NCBI GenBank assembly: GCA_963733675.1
Contig: CAVTET010000001.1
Span: 1,024,001 to 1,088,000, forward strand
Length of the DNA: 64,000 nucleotides
Direction: 5' to 3'
Source of the DNA: an uncultured Methanosarcinaceae archaeon
GTDB taxonomy: Archaea > Halobacteriota > Methanosarcinia > Methanosarcinales > Methanosarcinaceae
Shown here piece by piece: positions 10,063 through 22,502 of the stretch. The translations under genes were made by a program, and so were the position numbers. The notes beneath the pieces are model-generated. The model worked only from the letters and a program-made list of their open reading frames with translations. It searched no databases and was not told where the DNA came from. Numbering within the stretch: the stretch's first letter is position 1; every line of letters starts with the position of its first letter.

Positions 10063-11217
10063 TTAACCATTGCTGCTTTTAACTGCATTTATAAGGGCAT
10101 TTAAAATTGCAGGATCAGCTTTTTGAAGTTGCAAAACAAGTTCTGAGATTTCGGTTTTTTCGGTTTCGATGGTTTTGCTAGATTCTGTCGTTAACGGTAG
10201 ACCACATCTAAAACAAAATTGTGCTTTTTTGTCTATAATCTCCTTACATCGGGGACATTTTAAAACTCTGGGCTTCTCTTCTTCTTCTTCAGGTAATTTG
10301 AGACCTGAAGCTTCAAGCATTGCTGCATTAATGTCGTTCGCTGATAGATGAATGTAAATATTAGCCATCTGAGAGTTAGCTTTCCATCCTAAAACAGCTT
10401 TAAGCTTTTGTTCACTCTTCAATTTCTTAGCCAAATCTGTAGCTCTTGCATGTCTAAATGAATGCGGATTGATTCTCTTCTTGATTCCTGCTGCCTTTCC
10501 TATGATCGCAATTTGCTGGTATAAACTTGATCGAGATATCAAATTATAAGGCTCTCGAAATGAACAAAAAATCGGAGCATCAGGGTCTTCTTTCCTAGGA
10601 TGAATTTCCAGCCATTGGTGAAGGTAAGAAGACGCAAAAATCAATCTCACAGGTCTAGCGCCTGTTTTCCCTTCACGAAGCCACAAAAGGCATCCATATT
10701 CGTCGAACTTTGCATCTGCAATGGTTGTACTTAATAATTCTCCCTTCCTTGCTCCAGAGTCTGTTAAACAAGCTATTAATGCTTTATCCCTCGCTGTGGG
10801 AGCATGGCGGATTAAACAATCAATTTCTTCATCTGTTAAAAGTTGATCTGGTGTTATACTGCTATGTTGTGTGTTTTTCGTTTTGATGCATCCTGCGAGC
10901 TTTGGGTTAATTTTTCCTATGAATACCCTGATGACAATCTTGTGAAGCTTGATCGATGAATTTTTCAGGTTCTCAATAGTGTCCAAATAGTCGTTAAAGT
11001 CTTCTTCGGTAATTTTTTCATATGGTTTTTCTAAACACTTTGAGAAGCGTATTAGTATTATCAGATGATTAATTATCGTCCTTGGTTTCCTTTCTTCATC
11101 CTGTAACCTTTTGATGTGCTTTTTGAGCGTTTTGAAATTCTCCGGTAATATTTCGGCCTCTACAATTTTTAGTCGATTGTTCCAGTAAGCTAAGTCAAGA
11201 ATATCTTGTTGAAACAT
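10063..11217 (-). CDS. Tyrosine recombinase/integrase with C-terminal Zn ribbon
   Basis: SGARKGE, GKTG, HSFRH, LGW, IYIH; CPRC..CFRCG. ORF is intact. Confidence 0.93.
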   Translation of the reverse strand: MFQQDILDLAYWNNRLKIVEAEILPENFKTLKKHIKRLQDEERKPRTIINHLIILIRFSKCLEKPYEKITEEDFNDYLDTIENLKNSSIKLHKIVIRVFIGKINPKLAGCIKTKNTQHSSITPDQLLTDEEIDCLIRHAPTARDKALIACLTDSGARKGELLSTTIADAKFDEYGCLLWLREGKTGARPVRLIFASSYLHQWLEIHPRKEDPDAPIFCSFREPYNLISRSSLYQQIAIIGKAAGIKKRINPHSFRHARATDLAKKLKSEQKLKAVLGWKANSQMANIYIHLSANDINAAMLEASGLKLPEEEEEKPRVLKCPRCKEIIDKKAQFCFRCGLPLTTESSKTIETEKTEISELVLQLQKADPAILNALINAVKSSNG

Positions 11218-11475
11218 GATTCTAATAACGCACCTTCCATATAAAGTAGTTTCCTTATTTTAAGTAAACTACCATTACTAAACTGCAAAATTTAATGGCT
11301 TAAGAGCTTGCTTATACATAGTTTTTGTGAGAAAAGTTTTGCATTGGGAATTCAATAACTTATGAAACGCCTGAGTCGCTATATTTCTGCTAATATGAGT
11401 ATCATATTTAGAATACAAATTGCATATTGAAAAAATATATAAAGTAAGCGCGCTAAAAAGTTTGAAGTATAAACT

Positions 11476-12213
11476 ATGGGTAAACAAATATTTAACAAAA
11501 CAAAAAAAATACTAGGCATGTTAATGGTAACCTTTTTAGTAACATCAGTGACAGCCATGGCAGTAAATGCTTACGATGGTATGTATGACCACGATAATGT
11601 TGTGCAAATAACTCAGCTTGAACAGATAAACACATTTCTACATAAGGGACCGGTGTTTGTGGAGCTGAAAGCTAAGTCCTGTAGACCATGCCAGCAAATG
11701 AAGCCTATTTTGGAAAAACTTGCGGCAAAATACCACGGAAAAGCTACAATCGCGTCTATTGATATATATCAGAATCCGGAACTTGTGAAATATTTTGGCG
11801 GCTACAACCTTCCTGATGCTTTTGTGATTGTTGGTACAAAAAGCGGAAAATACGTTTACATAGATGACGATGGAAACAATACTGTGGATAGATCCCAAGC
11901 CAAGATTATTGGATTAAACGCTGAAAATGAAAACAGGTTTGAAAAAATTATTGATCGTGCTCTTATTCAGCAAGATAACAATAAATATATGCTAACTGGA
12001 CAACACAAAAACGGAAAACCCTCCCGCGAACAACAAAACGGTGAAAACTATTCCGGCGAACAATACCGAAGAGGACAATACACAGGTGGAGAAAACCAAG
12101 GGAGACAATTCCCAGGTGGACTATTCCCAGGTGAACAATATCTCAGCGGACTCCCAGGTGAACAATATCTCAGCGGACTCCCAGGTGGACAATTCCCAGA
12201 TGAACAATTCTAA
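11476..12213 (+). CDS. Secreted thioredoxin-family protein with Gly/Gln repeat tail
   Basis: Signal peptide ending AMAVNA; CRPC active site; tail of GxQ(F/Y)(P/L) repeats, including a 27-bp tandem duplication near 12126-12190. Confidence 0.8.
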   Translation: MGKQIFNKTKKILGMLMVTFLVTSVTAMAVNAYDGMYDHDNVVQITQLEQINTFLHKGPVFVELKAKSCRPCQQMKPILEKLAAKYHGKATIASIDIYQNPELVKYFGGYNLPDAFVIVGTKSGKYVYIDDDGNNTVDRSQAKIIGLNAENENRFEKIIDRALIQQDNNKYMLTGQHKNGKPSREQQNGENYSGEQYRRGQYTGGENQGRQFPGGLFPGEQYLSGLPGEQYLSGLPGGQFPDEQF

Positions 12214-12281
12214 AGCGAATAATTTGATGTAACTCATTGATCACCTTGTATTTCCGGGTGAATACTTGATTGACATCGAGC

Positions 12282-12315
12282 TTATGCAGTTGACTTTTTG
12301 CAGTCAACTACATAA
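12282..12315. terminator. 14-bp inverted repeat downstream of the thioredoxin gene (hairpin or operator)
   Basis: TTATGCAGTTGACT-TTTTGC-AGTCAACTACATAA, one mismatch. Confidence 0.35.
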
Positions 12316-12998
12316 TCCCATAATTTTTGGAGTTAATCACTCAGTTACACATCAAATAATTATTTTCCAAATACAACTAATACCAATAAATGCAAAAAAA
12401 GTATTAAAAATTATAAAAATTAAAAATACTTGCTTGCCATCTATTTTAATTTGGGAAGTCTACATAGAATTCTTTAAATCCTGATTGACTTTATATCCTT
12501 TTCTTTGCTGCAAAAAACGATTAATCTTTATTATTAACACACGCTTTTTTTGTCTTAAAACCCGTGTATTCTAGCAATCCTCAGTCGAAGTTATAAGATA
12601 TTTTTACCGAATTGTACTGGAAATGCATAGTTTTTATTGAAATTCATCTTCTGATGTTGGCTCTGAAAATGCGTTTTTTGCTCAAAAAATGTTCTATTGT
12701 TAAAAGAAGCCTTATTAATCGACATCTTCCTCTTTAAAGCTGCATGAACCCTTTTTATTCAACACGCTTTATCCACCAATAAACCGTTGAGATATAAACT
12801 AGTAAATCTTCTCAACTTTAGCTGAACTCAAAATCACTTTTTAGCCAGTAATAGGGCTTGAAGTCTTATTGTTAGTTTTTGTCGCAGAAACTGATGATTG
12901 CCTTAGCAACATAATACTAATGAACATATCAAACATAATTAACCTAATATACTTATCTTATATAGAATAATGTTGTGTTATATTTGAGTTGACTAAAT

Positions 12999-13988
12999 AT
13001 GGCATTGTTGGATACATCTGCAGAAAGTGGTTTAAATAAATTTCTGGAGGAATTCATCGAAAAAAAAAATACTATTCAAGATTTAAAGCAGTTCGAAATC
13101 CTGGAAACTGAAAACGCTACCTCTGACAATATAGTTACAACCAAAAATGATGCCTATTCCAGAAAACTGCAACAAAATTATACACACATTCAACTTGACC
13201 AGAGAGTTATAACCGAAGATAGTGCCATTGGAATAAGAATGGCAAAAATTGCAGAAATCAATTTTAAAAACCAAAATGAGGCTAATAGGTCGCAGGTTTT
13301 TTACTCACGTGTCTCTCAGCTAAAGGGCCCCTTTAAAGAAGAGTTTCTTGAAAAAGCCATTGATTTTGCCTGCAATATTAAATCTGAAGATTTAAGAGCA
13401 CAGACACTTTCTCTCATTATCCCGATTCTGGAGGGGGAAAAAAAGGTAGAACTTATACAAAAAGCCCTTTACTCTGCATCCTATATTCAAGATGAAAACG
13501 GAAGATCCCTTGTACTTTCTTCGCTTGCACGCTATCTAAGAGGTCCGAATAAAGAAAAACTTATTGCACATATTTTTGACTCCTTTTCCCAAATTCAATC
13601 TGGCGATGCAAAGTTCCAAATACTCTCTTCGCTTGTTCCGCATCTTTACGGATCAAAAAATGAACTAATTATGGATAAAGCCCTTGAATTAGTATCGGGG
13701 ATTACATCTGAATATCAAAAATTAGAGTCTTTTTCTCTGCTTATTCCATATCTTACTGAGAAAAGGGAAAAGGAAATTATAGAACAAGCCCTTGAGTTAG
13801 CTTTCAACATTAAAGACAAAGATATGGTACCCCAGGCTCTTTTATTAATCATTCCATATCTGGATGAATCTAGACAAAAAAAAATTATTGAGAAAGCCCT
13901 TATTCTTGCAAACGAGATTCAATCGGAGGATCGAAAAGAACAGGCTTTCACATCGCTTGCTCAGTATCTTTATGAAACAGAAAAATAG
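12999..13988 (+). CDS. Alpha-helical (HEAT/ARM-like) repeat protein
   Basis: ~37-aa repeats of the form L..L.P.L......LIEKAL..A..I. Confidence 0.7.
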   Translation: MALLDTSAESGLNKFLEEFIEKKNTIQDLKQFEILETENATSDNIVTTKNDAYSRKLQQNYTHIQLDQRVITEDSAIGIRMAKIAEINFKNQNEANRSQVFYSRVSQLKGPFKEEFLEKAIDFACNIKSEDLRAQTLSLIIPILEGEKKVELIQKALYSASYIQDENGRSLVLSSLARYLRGPNKEKLIAHIFDSFSQIQSGDAKFQILSSLVPHLYGSKNELIMDKALELVSGITSEYQKLESFSLLIPYLTEKREKEIIEQALELAFNIKDKDMVPQALLLIIPYLDESRQKKIIEKALILANEIQSEDRKEQAFTSLAQYLYETEK

Positions 13989-14059
13989 AGATCATTTTCT
14001 AGATTGTAGCTATTTGAGCTAGCTCTTGTTATACAGGTCAACTGGTCGATTAGATCGGA

Positions 14060-14255
14060 GTAATTTAGGGTTCGGTGTTGGAAATCATGGGGTTCAGATG
14101 AAGTAAAAGATTTCATGGTACCATCATCAATGACTTATAGAGTTTTGATGTATGAATCCTATCGCCGTTTGAGTAAAGATTATGAAAGATCTCCAAAATC
14201 CATTATAACCTTGATCTATACTACTATAATCCATATAAGAATTAAAAGACTGGAT
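14060..14255 (+). mobile_element. IS5-family transposase C-terminal remnant
   Basis: YRRLSKDYERSPKSIITLIYTTIIHIRIKRL at ~14160-14252 matches the RRLSKDYE motif. Confidence 0.6.
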
Positions 14256-14543
14256 AGTATCAACAAATCTTTCAGTAAATGATGAAGAATATTTAAAAAA
14301 TTTGGAAAATAATAAAAATCAATGATTTAATTATATTTGATCGTAAGACAAAATATTTTACTAATCAGCCAATTTATTCCCTATTTGTCACAGATTCACA
14401 TAAATTTGGCATCTATTTTCTCAGTATGACAGTAACTTAAAAATTAATCTAAAATTGTTTTGAAACCGTTTGAGTTTAGAGATGTTCTGAAATATGTCTA
14501 AAGCCTTAATTTAGCTTTTTAAAACTTTCAAATATCATTAAAT

Positions 14544-15257
14544 TCATTCAAATATTTCAGGCACGATTCGCCGGGCAACTTCTTCATAAGCTTTTGAGAT
14601 ATCACCTTTATTAAACCTGAAGATATCTTTATCCATGGACTGGCCAGTCTTCTTATCCCAGAACCGACAGGTATCACAGGAAATCTCATCTGCAAGGAGG
14701 ATTTCTCCATCTTTTCTTCCAAACTCAAGCTTGAGATCAGGGAGAATAATACCTCTTTCATCCAGGTAAATCAAAAGTAATTCGTTGACCCTAAGAGCGA
14801 GTTTTCGGAGAATTGTGAGTTCTTCTCTTGTTGCCAACCCAAGTGCAAGAGCAATATCATCATTCAACATAGGGTCTCCGTATTCATCGCTTTTGAAATC
14901 AAAAACGATCACAGGTGATTTGAAAATAGTGCCTTCTTTCAAGGGATACTTTTTAGTAATTGAACCTGCTGCAATGTTCCTGACAATGACTTCGATTTTT
15001 ATGATTTCTACTTTTTTTATAAGCATATCAATATCAAAAATCATCTCAATATAGTGAGTCTGAATTCCCTCTGATTCGAGCATCTCAAATAGCTTTTTTG
15101 AGATATGAGCATTATAGTAACCCTTTTTTTCCATCTCCCCTTTTTTTTCTCCGTTAAAAGCGGTTAGACTGTTTCGGAATTCAGCAATAAGGATTTCAGG
15201 ATTATCCGTCTTATAGATAGTTTTTGCTTTCCCTGAATAGAGCTCTTCTCTTGTCAT
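14544..15257 (-). CDS. purC: SAICAR synthetase
   Basis: [48 protein letters not shown]. Confidence 0.97.
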   Translation of the reverse strand: MTREELYSGKAKTIYKTDNPEILIAEFRNSLTAFNGEKKGEMEKKGYYNAHISKKLFEMLESEGIQTHYIEMIFDIDMLIKKVEIIKIEVIVRNIAAGSITKKYPLKEGTIFKSPVIVFDFKSDEYGDPMLNDDIALALGLATREELTILRKLALRVNELLLIYLDERGIILPDLKLEFGRKDGEILLADEISCDTCRFWDKKTGQSMDKDIFRFNKGDISKAYEEVARRIVPEIFE

Positions 15258-16459
15258 ATAATGGTCCTCTTTAGGTAGATTCCCTTGGATAGAGAGATCT
15301 TCAGAATTGTAATTAAATATAAGAGTCCTTATGTCCTAGAAATTTTGATAATATGGTAGTATCCCAGAGTGAGTCTAAGAAATAGAATCATTTCCGAGAA
15401 TTATTGACCTTCATGGAACTAATCAAGTCATTTCTAGAACTAACAACCACTCTCTGGAAACTAAGATGCTTGGATTTTTCATGAGCTTTTCCCAAAAATA
15501 TGTTATAGTTTCCCTGAAGAGATAGAGTAGATGATGACCTCTTCTGCTAAATAAAGTTATCATCTTCCAGAAGTTCCGATTTTCTGTAGCTTCGAATGAC
15601 TGTTCTTATTAGTTTACTATTTTCCTCAATAGTTAACAAGAAAGAAAATTTATCAATACATCTTAATTCTTTTTATAATTGCTTCGAGAAAATATAATAT
15701 CCCACTTTTTTATTTGTTCCAAATCAAATTTATTCTTTGTCCTAATCCACCATTTCCATGATATTGAAAATTGATTCCCTTTACATAAACTTAGATTCAA
15801 AAACATTAGTCTTATTTTTCCTTTTATCCTTTCTGTGCTTTTCAAGAATTTCATTAATCTTTTGTTGGATTTAGCTTCAATTACAAATTCCAATTTGTCC
15901 CTATCCATTTTAAAATAACTTCCCTGTTAAAAAAGTATCTATCCTTGTGTATTGCTCTCACTTTTACTCCCATCATTCCAATCCTTTCAAATAAGTAATT
16001 AATAGGAATTGAATATTCTTTGCTTAACTCATTTATGTTAATAACACCAAGTTTAGCTTAGATCTCTAATTGTCTAAGGTGCAGAATGAATATTAGGAAG
16101 GTGTAATTCTTCGTTTTTTAATCTCCCTACTCATAGAATGACTATGAGGCGGTAATATTGAATATCATGAAAGTCAACACAATGTCTTGAAACTTAATTT
16201 AAGATCTATCATCTTAGAACTTCATAGTTTATTTTCCTAAATGAAAACCGAAAAATTACAATAAATTTGTAGAGTTATGTTATTAAAAAATATCACCAGT
16301 TAAAAGACTTCTTATTTTGGGTATTTTGACCTTATATAAATAATTGCAAATTTTAAAAAATTGATTTAAGATGTCGAGTATAAAATAAAACATTAAGAAC
16401 TTCTTAGTAGTATAGATGCTTCATCAGGTAAAGTTATCATATCAATGAATATATATAAC

Positions 16460-17890
16460 TCAGATAATGCAGACAAGAAACATGAGGAGATTTTTCTCTA
16501 TATGCTTCAAAACTCTAAAGTTATTTCTTGCATTGAGAGTCTCGAATCTCAAATAAAAGAACGCACAAAAAGATGAATCTTATTATAAGCTCTTTAAGTT
16601 AAAACAATCTTAACAGTAGAAAACCTATAGCCATCGTTTTATTTTCCAAATAAGAACCCTATCCTAAGAATCGTCTGGAAAGGGTATGCTGAGATAGGAA
16701 GATCAAGAAAGTCACTCATGAACTACTCTTGAATAGTTAATGATTCTGATCGGCTAATAGGATATTCCTTGAACTATTGCGAAAAAGGTGTATACTATCT
16801 TGAATATGTTGAGATTGAAGCTCATGAAAGAAAACAAAGTTTTGATCGCCTACCAATAAATCTTATTGTTACAGAATGTTGAATTCAAATGAAGATCTGC
16901 ACTTACTGTAAAAAATTGAATAAAGCTGTTTTTCTAACCAGTGAATTATTCAGTCAAATATGATCCTAATATTTTAGTGCAAACAATTTACTGTACAAAC
17001 TACCAGCTTATTCCAGATGAAAGTATTTCTGAGTTTTATTAAGGAATTTATATAGATAAAAATCTGTTATGCTAACATAATTAGAGTAGAAAAAAGATGT
17101 TCCCTGAATTTAGAGAAATTTTAAAACGGTTTCAGGAAGAAGTTAGTAACTCCTACACCATCATTGTGATGAGACAGGGATGAATTCAAGAAAGAAGGAT
17201 ATTAGCTTCAGTTGGCTTTCATGGCAAAGCTAAATGTCATCTTGTTCATACAAAAAGGAAATCAAAACAATGGAGAAATTATGGAAACTCCTCCGAAGCT
17301 TAAAGGAATAGCAGTTAATGATAGATGGAAGTTCTACAGCAGTTATGAATGCGCTCACGATCTTTGCAGCGCACACATCATGGTGAATTAATGGTATTAA
17401 AGAGAATTATAAACAACAATTAACTAAAGAGGTGGATGCACTTTTAACATAAATAAAAAAATATACTGATGGATGTAAAGAGCAAATTCAAGAACTGAAT
17501 TTTTAGCAAATTAAAGAGTTGGGAGAAAAGTTCGATTCTATAGTCAAGAAAGGAATTGATGAAAATCAGCTTTCTTCAAACCTTCAAAAACAAGGAAAAT
17601 ACGGCGCAAATCCACAAACAAAAGCAAGGGATCTACTTACTAAGCTTGTACAACATAAAAAAAGATATTGTGGTTCCTTACAGATCTGTGAGTTCCATTC
17701 CAAAATAATCAGACTGAAAGAAGCATCGGAAGGATGAGATTACAGCAAACAAAATATAAGGAATTTTAAAAATCACACAAAAACTGTAGCTTTTTGCAGA
17801 AGTTGAGCCTAATTTCTACAATAAGGAATAACCTTTTGTCGGTTATAGACGGTAGTCTAGCGACATTCAAGGGATCGAAGCTAACAATGC
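16460..17890 (+). mobile_element. Heavily decayed IS66-family transposase
   Basis: Fragments ERKQSFD..PINLIVTE, CTYC, HCDETG, C.AH, and PFQNNQTERSIGRMRLQQ (the NNxAER motif), with many stops. Confidence 0.7.
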
Positions 17891-18139
17891 CCTGGATAAT
17901 TGCAATAATTTTTGTGATATATCTCTGATTTGTATAAATGATTTCAGAAATGACGAGGTTCAAAAACGATGTATTCAGTCAATATCCTACTTTTATTTAT
18001 GTCTGCAGCTTCGTAAATTTTATCTTTGAAGAAAGTCAATTATAAGGTTTAGCAACTTAAACAAAGATTTAAGAACTTACCGCATTTGAGTGCATAACAC
18101 TTGATAGTGGATTGATTTAAGCACGCACGGGTAAAAAAC

Positions 18140-19420
18140 ATGCCAGGCACCAAACTAGATATCGTAGAACTGCTTCTGACCGTGGAGATATATAATCGTT
18201 ATCCAGAACTGGATGTAAATGATCTTCCGAAAAACATTAGAAAAAATTACTGGAGCAGTGCAGAGAAAACAGTACCCAAACCCATTACAGCTACATTTAC
18301 ACGAATTGAAAAACTGTACGGAACTAAGGAAATAGAAACAAACGTAAGAAACGTTCCTTTCATAGTTATTGACAAGTCTCATTTTGAACTTCGCCTGAGT
18401 GCTTTCGAAATTGCTGTTGAATGGTTTGAAAAGCAGGAAAGTTCACAGGAAAGGATTGAAAATAATCCTGTTCTGGCCTATTACTACGGAGAAGTGAAAA
18501 AGGTTCAAGCTGCAAACTATGCACTTACAAAGGCAAAAATAAGGCCTAAAGAAGTTGATAGGGAATGGATAGAATCCCTAGTCGCAGAGATCAGGAAGGA
18601 AGAAAAAAGTGAAGAAATGCTCAAGCTAGTGGTAATTATCGCTCCTGAAGATATAAAACAAAAAATACGGGACCTTGTGCTCACCGAAGAACAGGAGGAT
18701 GAAGTTAAAAAAATCAAAAAAGCCATCGAGCACAGAGAATACCTTAGGGAAATCGGCTTACATGATATAGGAAAAATTCTTTTCGTAGGACCACCTGGAA
18801 CTGGAAAGACTTCAGTTGCCCGCGCTCTTTCAGAACAACTATCAATACCCTTTGTTGAGGTCAAACTCTCTATGATAACAGACCAGTATCTTGGAGAAAC
18901 TGCGAAAAACATTGACAGAGTTTTTTTGCTTGCAAAGAAATTGAATCCCTGCATTCTCTTCATAGATGAGCTGGATTTCGTTGCAAAAGCTAGGAATTCG
19001 GATGAAAATGCTGCCATCAAGCGAGCAGTTAATACCCTCCTAAAGGCTATCGATGAAATCAGCCTTGTGGAGCATGGAGTGCTTTTGATTGCCGCAACAA
19101 ACTATCCTCAGATGCTTGATGGTGCAGCATGGAGGCGCTTTGACGAAATAGTTCATTTCCCTCTTCCTGACATCGAAATGCGTAAAAACATCCTAGATAT
19201 CGTAACCAGACATATCGAAGGAGATTTCGATACCAGAGAAATTGCGGAATTGACGGATGGCTACTCAGGTTCTGACATGCGAATGGTAATCAGAGAAGCT
19301 GTCCTGAGCGCTCTTCTGGAAGAACGCAAAATACTCACCCAACAAGACCTGCTGGAAGCAGTCGGATCATTTAATGAAAGAACTGACCTCAAATTCGAAA
19401 AATATGAGAGGAAAAAATAA
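18140..19420 (+). CDS. AAA+ ATPase (single AAA domain, archaeal)
   Basis: GPPGTGKT, FIDELD, AATN, WRRFD. Confidence 0.92.
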   Translation: MPGTKLDIVELLLTVEIYNRYPELDVNDLPKNIRKNYWSSAEKTVPKPITATFTRIEKLYGTKEIETNVRNVPFIVIDKSHFELRLSAFEIAVEWFEKQESSQERIENNPVLAYYYGEVKKVQAANYALTKAKIRPKEVDREWIESLVAEIRKEEKSEEMLKLVVIIAPEDIKQKIRDLVLTEEQEDEVKKIKKAIEHREYLREIGLHDIGKILFVGPPGTGKTSVARALSEQLSIPFVEVKLSMITDQYLGETAKNIDRVFLLAKKLNPCILFIDELDFVAKARNSDENAAIKRAVNTLLKAIDEISLVEHGVLLIAATNYPQMLDGAAWRRFDEIVHFPLPDIEMRKNILDIVTRHIEGDFDTREIAELTDGYSGSDMRMVIREAVLSALLEERKILTQQDLLEAVGSFNERTDLKFEKYERKK

Positions 19421-19422
19421 TC

Positions 19423-20163
19423 ATGAAGCTAACACTGCTTGGAACTGGTGATGCTGTCGGAACCCCTAAAATAGGATGCTACTGTCCAGCATGCGAAGAT
19501 GCTCGAAGAGGGGGAAAAAGCCAACGTCTCAGGTATTCTATCCTTGTAGAGTCCAAAATAGGTAGAGTTCTTATCGACACCAGCCCAGATCTCAGGCAGC
19601 AGTTTCTCATGCAAAATCTTTCCTCCATAGATGGAGTGATCTGGACCCATGGACATTATGACCATTACTCTGGATTTGGGGAGTTCTACAGAATTCAGAA
19701 TAAAGTTGACGTTTATGGAATTTCCGAGACTCTCGACTACATAAATCAGTATTTTTCGTTCCTTAAGCCTAAATATCATTATGTAAATCTCTGTGAGCCT
19801 TTTGAGCTATTTGGGCTACAGTTTACTCTCATTAAGGTAGACCACCCCCCTGTGGAAGTCCCTACAGGGGTCATAATTCGTGAGGGATATACAAAAGTAG
19901 TGATTACAGGAGATACAAGTCCAGAAATACCCAACGTTAGTCTAGAGTTGATGAGAGATCCAAACCTTCTTATTGCCAATGCAATAGTTCCACCACATAT
20001 CCATATCAAAAAACACATGAATTCAAAAGAAGCTATTGCACTTGCAGAGAAAATTAATGCAAAAAAAGTAATTTTGACCCATCTAAGTCACCTCTTTCGT
20101 CCCCATCATATTGAATCCGTATTTTTACCCCTCGGATATGACGGACAGGTACTCGAGTTGTAA
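19423..20163 (+). CDS. Metallo-beta-lactamase fold hydrolase (PhnP-like)
   Basis: LLGTG, CYCPAC, DTSPDLR, THGHYDH, THLSH. Confidence 0.92.
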   Translation: MKLTLLGTGDAVGTPKIGCYCPACEDARRGGKSQRLRYSILVESKIGRVLIDTSPDLRQQFLMQNLSSIDGVIWTHGHYDHYSGFGEFYRIQNKVDVYGISETLDYINQYFSFLKPKYHYVNLCEPFELFGLQFTLIKVDHPPVEVPTGVIIREGYTKVVITGDTSPEIPNVSLELMRDPNLLIANAIVPPHIHIKKHMNSKEAIALAEKINAKKVILTHLSHLFRPHHIESVFLPLGYDGQVLEL

Positions 20164-22502
20164 TTGATTTTCAACCACTTGCAATTTGGTAAAGATTTTT
20201 CTGATTGAAAGTGAGGTTGCGCACCCCTCAGCAAGATGTTGGGTATTTTAATGGAATAAACTTAAAGAAATTTGATAAAAATAATTCAATAAACCTTTGA
20301 TTTTCATGAGTAATTTATATACTAATTATATATATGAAGAAATAAGGGGATTGTTTTCAGATTTAGAAAACAAAATACCAGGTCTCATGTAAGGGGTTTC
20401 AGACTTCGTCCCATAATCTACTCCTTTTAGAAGCAGACACAATACCAAGCCCTTTCAGAACTTTTAGTTTTTAATTCCTAAAGAGATAAATTTTCTTCTA
20501 GAAGATTACTATCTCAACATTTTGAAGAGTAATGTAGTTACCAGATCTTATTTAAGTTCACTAAATTATATCATAAAGAAGTTATGGTGTCATATACAGC
20601 TGCAAGTAACTAGTATATTAGCATCACATTTCTAGATAGATATATAAATCACTCAAAATTAAAATTTGTAATTTGTTCATGTACTTCTTTTTCTCCCAAT
20701 TTTTCCTGATTTTCAACATAGTTTTAATCCCATCGAAAGTTACACGATCAACAACAGTTCCAATCTTATCCTAGCAACTATAATTAGATCTTTCGTTTCA
20801 TAGCGAAATCGGCCTATTACCTTTAAATCAGTAGCATGCATCAGCAAGTCAGTAATTTTTCGTTCGATTAGTTTTGAGAAGAATTATTCAACCTTCAACC
20901 CAGTTTGTGTATAATCATGAAAACAGAAAAAGCTGAGGTTTTAATTGACTCTTAAAGCAGTCATGATCTCTTGCATCCTTTGAGTGAAGATTTACAATAT
21001 CCGTCATTAAATGACTTATTCCTTCCGGGTGTGTATTACAAATTATAGATATAGTAACATTAAATATAACAGATATTACAAAAAATATTAAATACAAGTT
21101 CATCATACAACATATGTATCTGCGAACAGACACAACAGTAAAAAGCCTCCTAAATTTATTACTTGACCCTGCAGCGCTGGATATTCCTCATCTGTAAAAG
21201 CAGGTAGATCGGAAATTTCAGCTGCAGGGAAGAGCACAAACAATTAAAGTCCTCTGCTCAATTTGACTTTTTGCAGATTTCCTTCCAATTATCAAAACCG
21301 TTCATGCTATTTTTTTGGGAACTACACACTTATTCAACGTTGTTCTTGAAAATAGATTCAACTTTCTATCTTATGCCTTCATCAAAAGATTCTAACTTCT
21401 ATTTCTGAACCTTCAGTTAAGATAATAGTTGTAAATTTTTGAACAAATCCCATAAAAAGGTGGCAAAAAAATATATTATCTTAAGAACATCTGCAGAATG
21501 TCGATTTAACTAAACATTTTATCACATTTTTTCTGAAAAATGCTAATATTTTTTGGACATTTTATGGAATCAACAAACTTGACCTGAAGAATCTGTTCCT
21601 GGAAAATATAGGCTTACGACTACCTCTAAACAAGGATAAACGAGAGGAATTACTGCAGCTTGCTTAATTTTCTGTTAAATCACAAATATCAATAAGTTAT
21701 TGAGTAAAATAATCCATAGCATAAGAACTTAATTAGATCAGTAAAACACAAATCTGACTTCGAATTTACAACAAATTCTTAATACCACCTATCTTTTAAG
21801 GTACTTCAGCTATTACATGCTTGAATTATAATGTTTTTGTGGAGAACTAATATGATAATATCGAAAAATCACGGATCATGATTATTAGATTATTTCGATT
21901 GACCCAAATTTGTATTTTCGGCTATTTCTCTTTTTAGCTTTCATTACTACTCTATATTTATAAGAATTACTTTAGACCAAGATCTTTAAAACCTTTATTT
22001 TCGAATTCATTGAAACGATTATCATTATAATTCATATTTTAACTCCAAATACAATGCGCCTATTGTGCCTATATAAGATTGAAATAAAGCCTTACTTATG
22101 AGTAAAATTAAAATTTATCCAAAAAAGTAATATATATATATATGTAATACTTGACAATCTGGACCTATGAGAATATTCCAGGATTTATGCAGCTGAACTG
22201 AAAAATCAATAGAATTGAATATTTGATAGTCTAAAAACAACGTTTAAACCAGAAAGTCAATTCATTTGATTTCGTTTCTCAAGTGCGTGAGTCTTACATT
22301 CTTTAGATATAAACAACGATGAAATTATATAAGGATTTAAATGAGCTGAGTAGTCTATGAGAAACACGCTCAAAAAATTCATCTCAAAAGTAGTACTATT
22401 TTTCGCATAAGTACAATTCTTCAATGCCGTGATAAATTACTCGGTCAAAATAACGATTTCCGATTTAGAACCACAAGAAATGAGTTAGGGGAACAGAAAA
22501 AA

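Larger units (their letters stand above)
863..11343 (-). mobile_element. Integrated element 1 (PolA/primase-helicase/TerS-like, PICI-like satellite, decayed); boundaries approximate
   Basis: Integrase at the right end, co-oriented regulators, primase-helicase, PolA and a TerS-like gene. Candidate 29-bp sites at 863-891 and 11315-11343 lie in direct orientation. Confidence 0.7.

Noticed and set aside
18517-19020. Antisense ORFs in the track (e.g. 18517..19020, 48733..49134, 56225..56683, 59701..60123)
   Set aside because: Shadows of well-supported genes on the opposite strand.
21033-21060. Possible NikR operator GTATTAC-N14-GTAACAT
   Set aside because: Imperfect, ~1.4 kb from cbiM/nikM, and plausible by chance in AT-rich DNA.
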